In this document: in pieces, positions 8,404 to 16,557 of the stretch
Layout: each line of letters starts with the position of its first letter
Position numbering within the stretch: the stretch's first letter is position 1
NCBI GenBank assembly: GCA_036497895.1
Contig: DASXIR010000088.1
Coordinates: 1 to 53,972, forward strand
Reading direction: 5' to 3'
Source: Vicinamibacterales bacterium
GTDB taxonomy: Bacteria; Acidobacteriota; Vicinamibacteria; Vicinamibacterales; CAVVIG01
Length of the DNA stretch: 53,972 nt
Translations under genes and position numbers: made by a program
Notes under the pieces: model-generated
Seen by the model: the letters and a program-made list of their open reading frames with translations, nothing else
Told to the model about the DNA's origin: nothing
Database searches by the model: none

Positions 8404-8480
8404 TGGTGGGCGCTAGAGGACTCGAACCTCTGACCTCGTGCGTGTGAAGCACGCGCTCTAACCAACTGAGCTAAGCGCCC
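8404..8480 (-). tRNA. tRNA-Val (anticodon CAC), CCA encoded
   Basis: The reverse complement is GGGCGCTTAGCTCAGTTGGTTAGAGCGCGTGCTTCACACGCACGAGGTCAGAGGTTCGAGTCCTCTAGCGCCCACCA. It folds as a cloverleaf with a 7-bp acceptor stem, anticodon loop TTCACAC and TTCGAGT T-loop. Confidence 0.9.
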
Positions 8481-8521
8481 GAGGGGACCGACTGCCGTCC
8501 GCGGGAGAGGAAATTGTACCG

Positions 8522-9361
8522 CTACTTGCGACCCTCGGGCAACCGCCGCTGCGCGGCGCCGTCGTAGTCGTGGTCCTTGGGATCGATCTGCCGCATCGGC
8601 TGCTGACGTGTCCGCTCTTCGTGAGCGTGCGCGATCAGGCCCGGAAGACGCGAGATCAGGAAAATCGCGTTGCCGAGTTCGTATGCGAATCCCAGGTCGG
8701 CGCAGATCGCGGCAATCGCGCCATCGACGTTGACCGGCAGTGGCCGATCGAATTGCTTGGCGTGCTGGTCGAGCGACCGCTCCGCGGCCCGGATCAGCCG
8801 CACGTGCTGACCTTCGAGCTCGAGCTCCATCGCCATCTGAAACAGACGCGCGGCGCGCGGATCGCGCTGATGAAAGCGATGTCCGAAACCCGGTGGCACT
8901 TCGTTCTGCTCGACGCACTCGGTGACGATCGCATCCGCGGCCTCCTGCAGGGTGCTGCCGGCTCGGACCTTGACCAGACCGCGATCGAGAAAGCGCATGC
9001 ACGACTCGATGTCGCCGCCGTGATGCGGACCGAACGCCAGGATCCCGGCCGCCACGCAGTCTTTCAACGGCGCGCCTGACGTCGCCACGTTCCGCGCCGC
9101 CAGCGTCGACGGCGGGGTGGCGCCATGATCGATCGTGGACACCAGCACTGCGTTCAGCATCCGGCCGATCGCCGGCGTCGGCAGCTCGCCCATCAACAGC
9201 AGATACACCGCCTCGGCGAAGCTGAGCCGGCCCATCATCTCGTCGAGCGGGTAGCCACGAATCAGAATCTTGTTCGGTGCGATGTCGGTCAGCGCCGATC
9301 GCCAACGCTCAGGCGGCGTGCGCGGTTCGGCGCGTCGTTCAGTCGTGGAACTCTTGGCCAT
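8522..9361 (-). CDS. citryl-CoA lyase / citrate synthase-like family protein
   Basis: 279 aa. It matches the short citrate-synthase-fold family (ILIRGYPLDEMMGRLSFAEAVYLLLMGELP, STIDHGATPPST, GPHHGGDIE). Confidence 0.75.
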   Translation of the reverse strand: MAKSSTTERRAEPRTPPERWRSALTDIAPNKILIRGYPLDEMMGRLSFAEAVYLLLMGELPTPAIGRMLNAVLVSTIDHGATPPSTLAARNVATSGAPLKDCVAAGILAFGPHHGGDIESCMRFLDRGLVKVRAGSTLQEAADAIVTECVEQNEVPPGFGHRFHQRDPRAARLFQMAMELELEGQHVRLIRAAERSLDQHAKQFDRPLPVNVDGAIAAICADLGFAYELGNAIFLISRLPGLIAHAHEERTRQQPMRQIDPKDHDYDGAAQRRLPEGRK

Positions 9362-9380
9362 AAAGCTGCGCCTGTGACGT

Positions 9381-10004
9381 TCAGAGCGTGCCGTAAAGAC
9401 GGTCGCCGAAGTCGCCGAGACCGGGCACGATGTATTTCTGCGGGTTCAACTCGACGTCCACGACCGGCGTGTAAATCCCGACCTCAGGATGATGCCGCTC
9501 GACCAGCGCCACTCCTTCCGGCGCGGCGACGATGCAGATCATCCGGATCACTTTCGCGCCGGCGCGGCCCAGCAGATCGAGCGCGGCGACCGCACTGCCG
9601 CCAGTCGCCAGCATGGGATCGATCATCAGGACGTAGCTGGCGTCGAGCCGCGGCGGCAGCTTCGAATAATACTGCGAGGCAACGGCGGTCATCTCGTCGC
9701 GCTGCAGCCCGATGTGCCCGACCCGCGCGCTCGGCACCAGCTCGAGCACCGCGTCCAGCATGCCGAGGCCCGCGCGCAGGACCGGCACCACCACCACATC
9801 CGGACCGACCCGTCGTCCGGGCGCCGGTCCAATCGGCGTGTGGACGGTCAGATCCTCGGTCGGAATGTCGCGCAGCGCTTCGGCGGCGAGCAGAACACTG
9901 ATGCGGGTGGCGGCGCGGCGGAACACTTCCGGCGATGTGGTCTTGTCGCGCAGCGACACCAGCGCGTCGTGCACCAGCGGATGGTCGACGATGTGGACGG
10001 GCAC
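9381..10004 (-). CDS. upp: uracil phosphoribosyltransferase
   Basis: VPVHIVDHPLVHDALVSLRD aligns with the E. coli Upp N-terminus (MKIVEVKHPLVKHKL), and a PRPP-binding loop (VLMIDPMLATGGS) is present. The start is set at the GTG at 10004. The longer ORF reaching 10238 would overlap the divergent gene. Confidence 0.85.
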   Translation of the reverse strand: MPVHIVDHPLVHDALVSLRDKTTSPEVFRRAATRISVLLAAEALRDIPTEDLTVHTPIGPAPGRRVGPDVVVVPVLRAGLGMLDAVLELVPSARVGHIGLQRDEMTAVASQYYSKLPPRLDASYVLMIDPMLATGGSAVAALDLLGRAGAKVIRMICIVAAPEGVALVERHHPEVGIYTPVVDVELNPQKYIVPGLGDFGDRLYGTL

Positions 10005-10068
10005 CGGGGAATCATACAAGAACAGGGGCCGGGAATCGGCGTCTGATTCGGGGATAGAATCGCACGCG

Positions 10069-11466
10069 ATGAACAGTGTTGTCGCTGTCGCGATTCTGGC
10101 TAGCTCGATTGCGCTCGCGGCGGCGCAGCCGTCGCGGCGCGCCGTCTCGCTGGTCGTGGTCGGACGCACCGTGATCACGGAGGACGCTTCGCACACGATG
10201 CTGTCGCCCGGCGCCGTCGCGATCAACGGAACCGACATCGTCGAAGTCGGCAGCCCGGCGACGATTTCGGCGAAGTATCAGGCGACGCAAACCATCGAGG
10301 CGCCTGACCAGATTGTCCTGCCGGGCTTGATCAACACCCACACGCACGCGCCGATGGTGATGTATCGGGGCCTGGCGGACGACCTCGCGCTGCTCGACTG
10401 GCTGCAGAAGTACATCTTCCCGGCTGAAGCCAAGACGGTGTCGCCGGAACTGGTTCGCGTCGGCACGCGGCTGGCCGCGCTCGAGATGATCGAATCCGGC
10501 ACCACGACGTATTGCGACATGTATTACTTCGAGGAAGAAATCGCGAGGGTGACGGTCGAAGCAGGGCTTCGGGGCGTGCTCGGCGAGACGATCATCCAGT
10601 TTCCTGTCGCCGACGCGAAGACGCCGGCGGACGCCCTGGCCCGCGCCGAACGTTTCATCAAAGAGTTCAGGGACAACGGCCTGGTCGTGCCGGCCGTCGC
10701 GCCACATGCGCTGTACACCAACGACACCGCGACTCTCAAGGCGTCGGCGGAGCTGGCGCGGAAGTACGGCGTGCCGATGGTGATTCATTTTGCCGAGACG
10801 GAAGACGAAGTCAAGATCGCGAGCGACCAATATCATCTGACGCCCACCGCTTATCTCGATTCGATCGGCGTGCTCGGTCCGAACACGATCGGCGCACACG
10901 GGGTGTGGGTGACCGATGCGGACATTGCGATCCTCAAGCGCGATGGTGTCGGCGTCGCGCACAACCCGGAAAGCAACATGAAGCTGGCGAGCGGCGCCGC
11001 GCCCGTCACCAAATATCTGGCCGCCGGCGTCAAGCTCGGACTCGGGACCGACGGCGCTGCCAGCAACAACGACCTCGACATGTTCGAAGCGATGCGTCAG
11101 GCCTCGTTCCTCGCCAAGCTCGCGACCCACGATCCGACCGCGGTGAAAGCCCAGGACGCGCTCGACATGGCGACGATCGGAGGTGCGCGTGTGCTCGGGA
11201 TGGAGAAGCGGATCGGGTCGCTCGAAGCGGGGAAGCGCGCCGACCTGATCCTGGTTTCGATGAGCGCGGCCCGGCAGACGCCAATGTACGATCCAGTGTC
11301 TCACCTGGTCTACGTGACCCGCGGCGACGATGTGCGAACGACCATCGTCGATGGCAGGATTCTGATGAAGGACCGGCAGGTGCGCACGCTCAACCGTGCG
11401 ACGGTCATTGCCGACGCGAATCAGCTGGCGGCGAAGGTCAGGGCCGCGATTGCGCCAGCCCGATGA
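10069..11466 (+). CDS. amidohydrolase family protein (chlorohydrolase/deaminase-like) with signal peptide
   Basis: This is the ATG at 10069 inside ORF 9712..11466. The N-terminus MNSVVAVAILASSIALAAAQP is signal-like. It has the metal-binding HTHAPM motif and conserved HFAET and GTDGAASNN blocks. Confidence 0.8.
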   Translation: MNSVVAVAILASSIALAAAQPSRRAVSLVVVGRTVITEDASHTMLSPGAVAINGTDIVEVGSPATISAKYQATQTIEAPDQIVLPGLINTHTHAPMVMYRGLADDLALLDWLQKYIFPAEAKTVSPELVRVGTRLAALEMIESGTTTYCDMYYFEEEIARVTVEAGLRGVLGETIIQFPVADAKTPADALARAERFIKEFRDNGLVVPAVAPHALYTNDTATLKASAELARKYGVPMVIHFAETEDEVKIASDQYHLTPTAYLDSIGVLGPNTIGAHGVWVTDADIAILKRDGVGVAHNPESNMKLASGAAPVTKYLAAGVKLGLGTDGAASNNDLDMFEAMRQASFLAKLATHDPTAVKAQDALDMATIGGARVLGMEKRIGSLEAGKRADLILVSMSAARQTPMYDPVSHLVYVTRGDDVRTTIVDGRILMKDRQVRTLNRATVIADANQLAAKVRAAIAPAR

Positions 11467-11477
11467 TCAGGCGCGCA

Positions 11478-12008
11478 TCAGGCGTCCAGCACGCCGATTT
11501 CCGGCAGGTTGCGATATTTTTCCGCGTAATCGAGGCCGTAGCCGACGACGAATTTGTCCTCGATGGTGAAGCCGACGTACTCGACCTTGACATCCACCTT
11601 CCGTCGCGTCGGCTTGCTCAAGAGACAAGCGGTCCGCAGCGACTTCGGGTGCCGCTTGAGGAGAATGTCCTGGAGATAGGTGAGCGTCAGGCCGGTGTCA
11701 ACGATGTCCTCGACGATGACGACGTTGCGCCCGTCGAGCGCAGTGTCGAGGTCCTTGAGCAGCCGCACTTCGCCGGAGGTGGTCGTTCCCTTGGCGTAGC
11801 TCGAGACGGCCATGAAGTCGAGCGACACGTGGCCCGGGATGTGTCGCACGAGATCGGACAGGAAGATGAACGCGCCCTTGAGCACTGCAATCACGTGCAG
11901 GTCGTCCGGGAAGTCGCGGCGAATCTCGAGCGCCATCTCCGCGACACGCTTTTGAATCTGCGCTTCCGAGAGTAGGATTTCAGAGAGACGCAGCTCGGGT
12001 TCGGGCAT
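11478..12008 (-). CDS. hpt: hypoxanthine phosphoribosyltransferase
   Basis: It has the PRPP motif VVIVEDIVDTGLT and typical Hpt blocks (VAVLKGAFIFLSDL, FVVGYGLDY). The ATG at 12008 gives 176 aa. The ORF track extends to a TTG at 12029. Confidence 0.9.
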   Translation of the reverse strand: MPEPELRLSEILLSEAQIQKRVAEMALEIRRDFPDDLHVIAVLKGAFIFLSDLVRHIPGHVSLDFMAVSSYAKGTTTSGEVRLLKDLDTALDGRNVVIVEDIVDTGLTLTYLQDILLKRHPKSLRTACLLSKPTRRKVDVKVEYVGFTIEDKFVVGYGLDYAEKYRNLPEIGVLDA

Positions 12009-12028
12009 AAGGGCGAAATCATACCGCA

Positions 12029-12661
12029 ATGAAACGATTTGACATCATCACCGAGAGCGACGCGCGCGTGCTGCCGCCCGGCCAGGTGGTGACGCTGGCC
12101 CGCGGCGGACACATCACGCCGCTGGCCATGGATACGCTGCGGGAGCGGCGGATTGCAGTGATCAACGAAGGCCGCGCGCCGGCTGACGCCACCGCCCTTG
12201 TTCCGGTCGCGGACATCCGCACCATCGCGATCGCCAGCGATCACACCGGCCGCGCGCTGCGTCAGATGCTGGTGGATCACCTGCGCGGACGCGGGCTGGC
12301 CGTGCAGGATCTCGGCATCGACAGCTCCGATTCGGTCGATTATCCGGACGCCGCCGCTTTGGTAGGCCGAAGCGTGGCCCGCCGTGAAGCGGACGCTGGG
12401 ATCGTCATCGACGGCGCGGGGATCGGCTCGGCCATTGCGGCCAACAAAATCGACGGGATCCGTGCGGTGATGGCCAGTTCGGAATTGATTGCGCGCTACT
12501 CGCGCGAACACAACGGAGCGAACGTCCTGGCCCTCGGCGCCGCACTGCTCACGCCGGAGGAAGCGCGTGCGATCGTGACGACCTGGATCACCACGGCCAT
12601 GAAGGAGCCGAGGTACATCGCCCGGCTGGCCAAGATTCGCGCGCTCGAGGATCGCGGATGA
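12029..12661 (+). CDS. rpiB: RpiB/LacA/LacB-family sugar-phosphate isomerase with ~60-aa N-terminal extension
   Basis: The core [20 protein letters not shown]...[17 protein letters not shown]...NGANVLALG is RpiB-like. It is preceded by the extension [44 protein letters not shown]. Confidence 0.8.
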   Translation: MKRFDIITESDARVLPPGQVVTLARGGHITPLAMDTLRERRIAVINEGRAPADATALVPVADIRTIAIASDHTGRALRQMLVDHLRGRGLAVQDLGIDSSDSVDYPDAAALVGRSVARREADAGIVIDGAGIGSAIAANKIDGIRAVMASSELIARYSREHNGANVLALGAALLTPEEARAIVTTWITTAMKEPRYIARLAKIRALEDRG

Positions 12662-13533
12662 CGCGCGACGAACTGAAACGTCTGATCGACACGATTGTCA
12701 GCGAGTTGGTGGCGGCCAAGGCCGGGCCGCGCCAGCGCTGCTCGTGCCATTCGGTGCTCGACGACTGTTGTCCCGACCGCCTGCGCGGCGTGCTGGACGC
12801 CGGCGCGACGCGCGTCGGCCTGCTCGCGACCGGCGGGGCGCCGGCCGGCGTCGCGTCGATGATCGATCACACGCTGCTGAAACCGGATGCGACGCGCGCA
12901 AACATCGAGGATTTGTGCCGCGAGGCCGCGCAGTTCAAGTTCGCCACCGTCTGCGTCAACCCGACCTGGGTCGCGCTGGCCGCGCGCCTGCTCGCGGGCA
13001 GCGGCGTCGGCGTCTGCTCGGTGGTCGGATTTCCGCTCGGGGCGACGACTGGCGACGTCAAGGGATACGAGACCCGGCGCGCGATTTTCGACGGCGCGCG
13101 CGAAATCGACATGGTGATCAACATCGGGGCGCTCAAGTCCGGCGATCTCGCGACCGTCGAACGCGACATCGCCTGTGTCACGACACCGTGTCGCGAAGCC
13201 GGTGCGCTGAGCAAGGTGATCATCGAGGCCGCGCTGCTGACCGACGATGAGAAGGTGACCGCCTGCACGCTGGCCAAGGCGGCCAGCGCGGACTACGTGA
13301 AGACGTCAACCGGCTTCGCCAGCGGTGGTGCGACCGCGGCAGACGTGGCGCTGATGCGGCGCGTGGTCGGCGCCGAAATGGGCGTGAAAGCCGCCGGCGG
13401 TGTGCGCGATCTCGAAGGAATGCAGGCGATGATCGCCGCCGGTGCCACGCGTGTCGGCGCGAGCGCCGGCGTCAAGATCGTCCAGCAGTCCCGTGGCGAG
13501 AAGTCGGACGCGTTCCTTCGAACCGGCTATTGA
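12658..13533 (+). CDS. deoC: deoxyribose-phosphate aldolase with ~65-aa N-terminal extension
   Basis: The core [11 protein letters not shown]...TVCVNP...VVGFPLGA...DMVINIG...VKTSTGF...VKAAGGVR is DeoC. The N-terminal extension contains an amphipathic helix and a CSCH...CCP cysteine cluster. A 4-nt overlap with rpiB is present. Confidence 0.85.
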   Translation: MTRDELKRLIDTIVSELVAAKAGPRQRCSCHSVLDDCCPDRLRGVLDAGATRVGLLATGGAPAGVASMIDHTLLKPDATRANIEDLCREAAQFKFATVCVNPTWVALAARLLAGSGVGVCSVVGFPLGATTGDVKGYETRRAIFDGAREIDMVINIGALKSGDLATVERDIACVTTPCREAGALSKVIIEAALLTDDEKVTACTLAKAASADYVKTSTGFASGGATAADVALMRRVVGAEMGVKAAGGVRDLEGMQAMIAAGATRVGASAGVKIVQQSRGEKSDAFLRTGY

Positions 13534-13606
13534 CCCGTCTTTACTCTGAGTGCACAGCGGTTTACGATGGCTGTCGGGCAACGTATTGACCAGTCCGGTC
13601 AATTAG

Positions 13607-13894
13607 TTGGCCGTTGGAGGATCCGTGGCCGACCTGACTCGCGTGGAAATTCATCATCTGGCATTGCTCGGAGCGAAGGCGCGTCTCGAAGAACTGCGGC
13701 GCGAGCAGGCCGCCATCCTGAAGGCCTTTCCCGGTTTGTTGAGCGGGCGTAACGCGCATCAGATTGCGGCCGCCGTGCCCGAGGTGAAGCGACGCCGAAA
13801 GGCGATGTCGGCTGCAGCGCGCAAGGAAGTGTCGGCGCGGATGAAGAAATACTGGGCGGCGCGACGAAAAGAGACGGCCAAACCGGCGAAGTAG
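13607..13894 (+). CDS. small basic hypothetical protein (Lys/Arg-rich C-terminus)
   Basis: 95-aa ORF with plausible composition. The C-terminus is KRRRKAMSAAARKEVSARMKKYWAARRKE. I recognise no family, and the start is uncertain. Confidence 0.4.
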   Translation: MAVGGSVADLTRVEIHHLALLGAKARLEELRREQAAILKAFPGLLSGRNAHQIAAAVPEVKRRRKAMSAAARKEVSARMKKYWAARRKETAKPAK

Positions 13895-13998
13895 CCGGTG
13901 CGGCGCCCGCCGCCACAGCGGTGTGGCGTTTGTGTGAAAAGGTTGTCGCAGAGCCTGGGCGGCCCTTGAATCGGCGCCCAGACTCCTATAATCAAACC

Positions 13999-15156
13999 GT
14001 GAAGTGGATCAAGTGCCTCGCGGCGGGCCTCACGGTCGGGCTTGTCGTCGGGGTATTGCGTCTCTTCTCGGTCAGCAGCGCCGGCGTCGCCGCGCCGCTT
14101 CTCCTCCTCGTCGTCGTCGTGGTCGCGCGGCTGTGGGGAACAGTTCCAGCCCTGCTCGCGGCGGCTTCCGGCGCCGCCGCCTATTCGTATTACTTCCTTC
14201 CACCCGAAGGGTTCGGCATCGAGGACCCTGAGGACTGGATTGCCTTCGTGATCTTCATCATCACCGCGGTGATTGCCGGCGAACTGGCGTCCCGCGCCGA
14301 GCGCCGGGCCGCCGAAGCGCAGGCCGGCCGTCAGGAGATCGAACGTCTGTATCAGGAACTTCAGGCGGCGTTCGAACGGGCGAGCGAGGCGGAGGCGGCG
14401 CGGCGCAACGAACAGCTCAAGGCTGCGCTGCTCGACGCGCTCACGCATAACCTTCGCACGCCGCTGACCTCAATCAAGGCTGCGGTCACCGCTCTGCTGC
14501 ACCGCGGCATCTGGAGTCCGAAGTCCGAGCTGTCGATGGAGGGACGCGGCGAACTCCTGCAGGTGATTGACGAAGAGTCCGATCGCCTCAATCGTTTCAT
14601 CGAAGGGTTGTCGACCTCGGATCGAGCCGAGCCGACGCAGGTGTCGCAGTTTCGATCGGTGGACGTCGACACGGTGATTCGTTCGAGCCTGGCCCGTGCG
14701 GGCACGCTCACGCGCGACCATCGGGTGGCCCTCGAGATCGATGATGGGCTGCCGCCGCTCGGTGTCGATCCCGCCTCGGTCACCGAGGCGATTTACATCC
14801 TCGTCGACAACGCCAGCAAGTACTCGCCGGTGGGCACGACCATCAGCCTGAAAGCGACGCTGCACGACGACCGCCACGTCCGCATCATCGTCACGGATGA
14901 AGGTCCGGGTATTCCCAAGGCACTGCGCGAGCGGGTCTTCGAGAAGTTCTTTCGCGTCCCGACGCGCGAATCGCACGATCCCCGTCGCGGCGGCGTCGGT
15001 CTCGGGCTCCCGATCGGCCGCCGGCTGGTCGAGACGCAGGCCGGGCGGATCTGGATCGATACGCCGGCGTCTGGCCGCGGCACCGCCGTGATGATGACCC
15101 TGCCGATCGCGATCGAGACGTCGGAAGTGGAGAAGGCGGCGGTGGCGAGTCGGTAG
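13999..15156 (+). CDS. sensor histidine kinase, KdpD C-terminal-type (DUF4118 membrane domain + HisKA + HATPase_c), lacking the KdpD/Usp N-terminal sensor domains
   Basis: It has the H-box LLDALTHNLRTPLTSI, a DUF4118-like TM region, an N-box (VDNASKYSP) and G-boxes (DEGPGIP, GLGLPI). The GTG at 13999 lies 6 nt after a TATAAT (13987-13992). The ORF track starts at 13921. Confidence 0.8.
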   Translation: MKWIKCLAAGLTVGLVVGVLRLFSVSSAGVAAPLLLLVVVVVARLWGTVPALLAAASGAAAYSYYFLPPEGFGIEDPEDWIAFVIFIITAVIAGELASRAERRAAEAQAGRQEIERLYQELQAAFERASEAEAARRNEQLKAALLDALTHNLRTPLTSIKAAVTALLHRGIWSPKSELSMEGRGELLQVIDEESDRLNRFIEGLSTSDRAEPTQVSQFRSVDVDTVIRSSLARAGTLTRDHRVALEIDDGLPPLGVDPASVTEAIYILVDNASKYSPVGTTISLKATLHDDRHVRIIVTDEGPGIPKALRERVFEKFFRVPTRESHDPRRGGVGLGLPIGRRLVETQAGRIWIDTPASGRGTAVMMTLPIAIETSEVEKAAVASR

Positions 15157-15166
15157 TAGTTTGGTG

Positions 15167-15245
15167 GTGCGAGGTGCGTCGTGCGGTGTGCGAGGTGCTG
15201 GTGCGAAGTGCTTAAGTGCGGAGTGCTCAAGTGCGGAGTGCGGAA
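15167..15245. repeat. degenerate heptamer tandem array (GTGCKNN, about 12 units) between kinase and regulator genes
   Basis: Read directly as gtgcgag gtgcgtc gtgcggt gtgcgag gtgctg gtgcgaa gtgctta a gtgcgga gtgctca a gtgcgga gtgcgga. It includes the 11-mer GTGCGAGGTGC at 15167 and 15188, and AAGTGCGGAGTGC at 15214 and 15229. Confidence 0.5.
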
Positions 15246-15292
15246 TCTAAATCAGAATTGAGAAGAGAAATCCAGATAGATAGGAGAGCGGA

Positions 15293-15997
15293 ATGATGGC
15301 GACAGCAACAACCGACAAATCGCGAGTGCTGGTGGTGGACGATGAGCCGCAGATTACGAGGGTGCTGCGGACCGTGCTGAGCAGTCAGGGGTATCAGGTG
15401 CGCACTGCGGCGGAAGGTGAGGCGGCGCTGTCGAACTTCGCCGAGTTCCGACCCGAGCTGGTGATCACGGATCTCTACATGCCGCATATGGACGGCGTGG
15501 AATTGTGCAAGCGCATCCGTGCGATCTCGGCAGTGCCGATCATCGTGTTGTCGGTCAAGGGCGAGGAGCGGACAAAGGTGGAAGCGCTCGACTCGGGCGC
15601 CGACGACTACGTGACCAAGCCGTTTGGCATCGAGGAGCTGCTGGCGCGGGTTCGTGCGGCGCTGCGCAGGAGCGGCGGGGATTCGGAGATCGCGTCGTTC
15701 GAGGCGGGCGAGTTCCGCGTCGATCTCGAGGGCCGGCGGGTCCATGCGCGCGGCCAGGAAGTGCGTTTGACGCCGAAGGAATTCGATCTCTTCGTTTATA
15801 TGGCGCGCCACCCCAATCGCGTCATCACCCATCGCACGCTGCTCGAAGCCGTGTGGGGCGAGGCGTCGCAGGAGCAGCCGGAATACCTTCGGGTCTTCAT
15901 GGGACAGCTGCGCAAGAAGCTCGAGCCGGATCCATCCAACCCGCGCTACCTGGTGACGGAGCCGTGGGTCGGTTATCGCTTCAACCCGAACGGGTAG
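15293..15997 (+). CDS. kdpE: OmpR-family response regulator, KdpE-like
   Basis: It has a receiver domain (VLVVDDEPQI...VITDLYMP...KPF) and a winged helix whose end closely matches KdpE (YLRVFMGQLRKKLEPDPSNPRYLVTEPWVGYRF). GGAGAG lies upstream of the ATG. Confidence 0.9.
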   Translation: MMATATTDKSRVLVVDDEPQITRVLRTVLSSQGYQVRTAAEGEAALSNFAEFRPELVITDLYMPHMDGVELCKRIRAISAVPIIVLSVKGEERTKVEALDSGADDYVTKPFGIEELLARVRAALRRSGGDSEIASFEAGEFRVDLEGRRVHARGQEVRLTPKEFDLFVYMARHPNRVITHRTLLEAVWGEASQEQPEYLRVFMGQLRKKLEPDPSNPRYLVTEPWVGYRFNPNG

Positions 15998-16462
15998 TCA
16001 GCGAGGGTTCATCACCAGCTCGATCTGGTTGCCGTCGGGGTCCTTGACGAAGGCATAGTGCAAACCTTCCGCGGACACGCCCGGCGGCCGCATCAGCGTT
16101 CCGCCGCTGGACGTCGCGGAGGCGATCGCCTTGTCGAGATCGGGCACGTCGAGAATCAGCGAGGCCATCGCGCCGGCCGGCGCATCCTTCGGGCGAGTCG
16201 CGATGACGATCCCGGTCGTCGGCGACTTGCGCGCGAGCTCCGGCGTCGCGCCCGAGTTGAGGGCAATCTCCTTGAACGTCGCGGTGTTCGCGGGCCTTCG
16301 TGTTTCGGACATGCCGAAGGCCTTCTCGTAGAAGGCCGCCAGCCTCTCCGGGTCAGTCGCGAGTACGCGCACGCTGCGCACGTGGATCCCGTGCTCCTGC
16401 GCTGAGGCGCCGGCCGTCCACGCCAGCACCAACGCCGTCAGCGCCAATCCGGCAACACGCAT
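15998..16462 (-). CDS. VOC (glyoxalase/bleomycin-resistance) family protein with signal peptide
   Basis: 154 aa. The N-terminus is MRVAGLALTALVLAWTAGASAQ. The C-terminus FVKDPDGNQIELV is typical of the VOC fold. Its stop abuts the kdpE stop with no spacer. Confidence 0.7.
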   Translation of the reverse strand: MRVAGLALTALVLAWTAGASAQEHGIHVRSVRVLATDPERLAAFYEKAFGMSETRRPANTATFKEIALNSGATPELARKSPTTGIVIATRPKDAPAGAMASLILDVPDLDKAIASATSSGGTLMRPPGVSAEGLHYAFVKDPDGNQIELVMNPR

Positions 16463-16557
16463 CGTGAGCTCCTCCCGTGATGTCGCGCGCGGTCAGGCTC
16501 CGCGGCGCGGGCCGATTATGGCCGAAGTCTCGCGTCAAAGTGCTCTAGAATCGCCGC

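Noticed and set aside
8166-8447. Small ORFs between brnT and tRNA-Val (8166..8447 +, 8185..8388 +, 8123..8323 -).
   Set aside because: They overlap one another. One runs into the tRNA gene. Their composition is not protein-like and they carry no motifs.
8894-8910. TGGCAC-N5-TCTGC, a partial match to a sigma-54 promoter (TGGCAC-N5-TTGC).
   Set aside because: It lies inside the citryl-CoA lyase-like coding region, the -12 element is imperfect, and no gene starts downstream on that strand.
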